The position numbers and the translations under genes are program-made. Shown here one piece after another: positions 62,355 to 64,000 of a DNA stretch of 64,000 nt. This DNA is from Chiloscyllium plagiosum. Its lineage: Eukaryota. Each line of letters opens with the position of its first letter. Position 1 is the first letter of the stretch. The notes beneath the pieces were generated by a model, which searched no databases, had not been told where the DNA came from, and worked only from the letters and a program-made list of their open reading frames with translations. The stretch is taken from positions 3,011,436-3,075,435 of the forward strand of contig NC_057718.1 in assembly GCF_004010195.1 (NCBI RefSeq), in the 5' to 3' direction.

Positions 62355-64000
62355 AACATAGAACATGGAACAGTACAGAACAGGAACAGGCCATTTGACC
62401 CACTATGATATGCCAAACATGACACTAAAATGAAACTAATTCCTTCTGCCTGTACTTGATCCATATCTCTCTATTCCTTGCATGTTCATTTGCTTATCCA
62501 AAGGTCCTTCAAATGGCCCTATATTACCTACCTCAGCTACCTTCTGGCAATGCATTGCAGACTTCTACCACTCTTTGTGTAAAAAGCTTGCCCTTCACAT
62601 CTTCTTTGAACTTTCTCCCTCTCACCTTATATACATGCACCCTAGTATTATGCATTTCAACTCTGGGAAAAGTTTCTGACCGTTAAGGCTATCTATGGAT
62701 CTCATCATTTTATATTATCAAGATTTCTATCAAGGTTCCCCTCAGCCTCCCCCAGAAAAAAAACAGTGTGTTTTTCTAGCCTCTCCTTATAGTTCATACC
62801 CGAAAATCCAGGCAGCATCCTGGTAAACCGCTTCTGCACCCTTGCCAAAGCGTACATGACCTTTTTGTTATGTAGCAACCAGATATGAATACAATACTTT
62901 AAATGTGGCCGAATCAAAATTTTATAAAGTTGCAACATGACATTCTGACCCCTGTACTCAATTCTCCAACTGATAAAGGCAAGCATGTTATATGCCTTCT
63001 TTAGAAACAAAAAAAAAACTGCGGATGCTGGAATCTAAAGTAAACAAGCAGGAGGCTGGAAGAACACGGAAAGCCAGGCAACACCAGGAGATAGAGAAGT
63101 CAACGTTTTGGGTGTAATCCTTCTTCAGGACCTTCCTTACGCCTTCTTTAGTGCCCTATCTACTCGTGTGGCCACATTTTAGGGAGCGATGGACTTGAAC
63201 CCCAAGATCCTTCTGTACATCAATGTTGTTCAGGGTCCTGCCATCAACTGTATACTTTTCCTTAACCTTTGATTTCCCAAAGTGCAGCACCTCAAACTTG
63301 CCCAGATTAAACTCCAACTGCCATTTCTCCACCCATATCTGCATTGTATCCTTTGAAATATTCGACACTATCCACAACTCCAACAATTTTTATATCTGCT
63401 GCAAATTTACTAACCCACCCATCTACATTTTCATTTAAGTCATTTATTCATATCATAAACAGCACAGTCCCAGAATGGATCCCTGTGGAACACCAATAGT
63501 TATGGAAATCCAGCCTGAAGAACACCATTCCACCACTACGCTCTGCTTTCTATGGGCAAGCCAATTCTGAATCAACGTGGCCAAGTCACCATAGATCCCA
63601 TGCATATTAATCTGCTGGATGAGCCTAACTTGAGGAACCTTGTAGAAAGCCTTACTAAAATCCATGTGGACAATATCAACCACTCTGTCCTCATCGATCA
63701 CCTTCATCATCTCCTCATAAAATTCAATCAAGTTAGCACAAAGCCATGTTGACTGCCCCTAATAAGGCCAAGCTCTTCCAAATGTGTGTAAATCCAATCC
63801 CTAAGAATTCTCTCCATAGCTTCCCAACTTCCAATGTGAGACTCATGGGTCTATAGTTTCCCAGATTATTCCTGGTTCCCTTCTTAAACAGAGGAACAAT
63901 GTTAATTATTCACCAATCATCCAGGATGTCTCCAGTTGCTAGTTAAGATACAAAGGCCTTGGTCAAGGCCCCATCAATCTCCTCTCTTACCTTGCTCCAT
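62355..64000 (-). mobile_element. CR1 LINE ORF2/3' fragment running off the window
   Basis: MDFSKAFYKVP, GVPQGSILG, WQLEFNLGKFEVLHFG; short Penelope-type terminal repeat at ~63005-63135. Confidence 0.88.

Overview
Repeat-dense vertebrate genomic DNA, very probably from a shark or other elasmobranch. That is an inference from the HE1/V-SINE-type and Deu-type SINEs and the dense CR1 LINEs. Most of the window is retroelement debris: many CR1 fragments, a Rex1/Babar-type LINE, Penelope-like elements with hammerhead-ribozyme cores, and two nested Gmr1-like Gypsy LTR elements at about 47.6-60.9 kb. Four N-gaps all lie inside repeats. Between the repeats is a cluster of non-rearranging antigen-receptor-like Ig genes. 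On the minus strand, a leader exon (17725-17776), a germline-joined V-J exon with no RSS (12886-13221) and a transmembrane/short-tail exon (9129-9283) splice in matching phase 1. The product is a 180-codon L-VJ-TM protein with no constant domain, but its apparent start codon is ATA. Three paralogous VJ pseudo-exons lie on the plus strand (1236-1305, 30738-31087, 46344-46687). Two paralogous degenerate minus-strand exons carry ITIM-like motifs (SEYSNL, VFYNKL), and there is one further degenerate Ig-like exon. Part of the region is a local segmental duplication. Together this looks like a birth-and-death family of membrane receptors built on light-chain/TCR-like VJ domains. Repeat boundaries are approximate and were read by eye.
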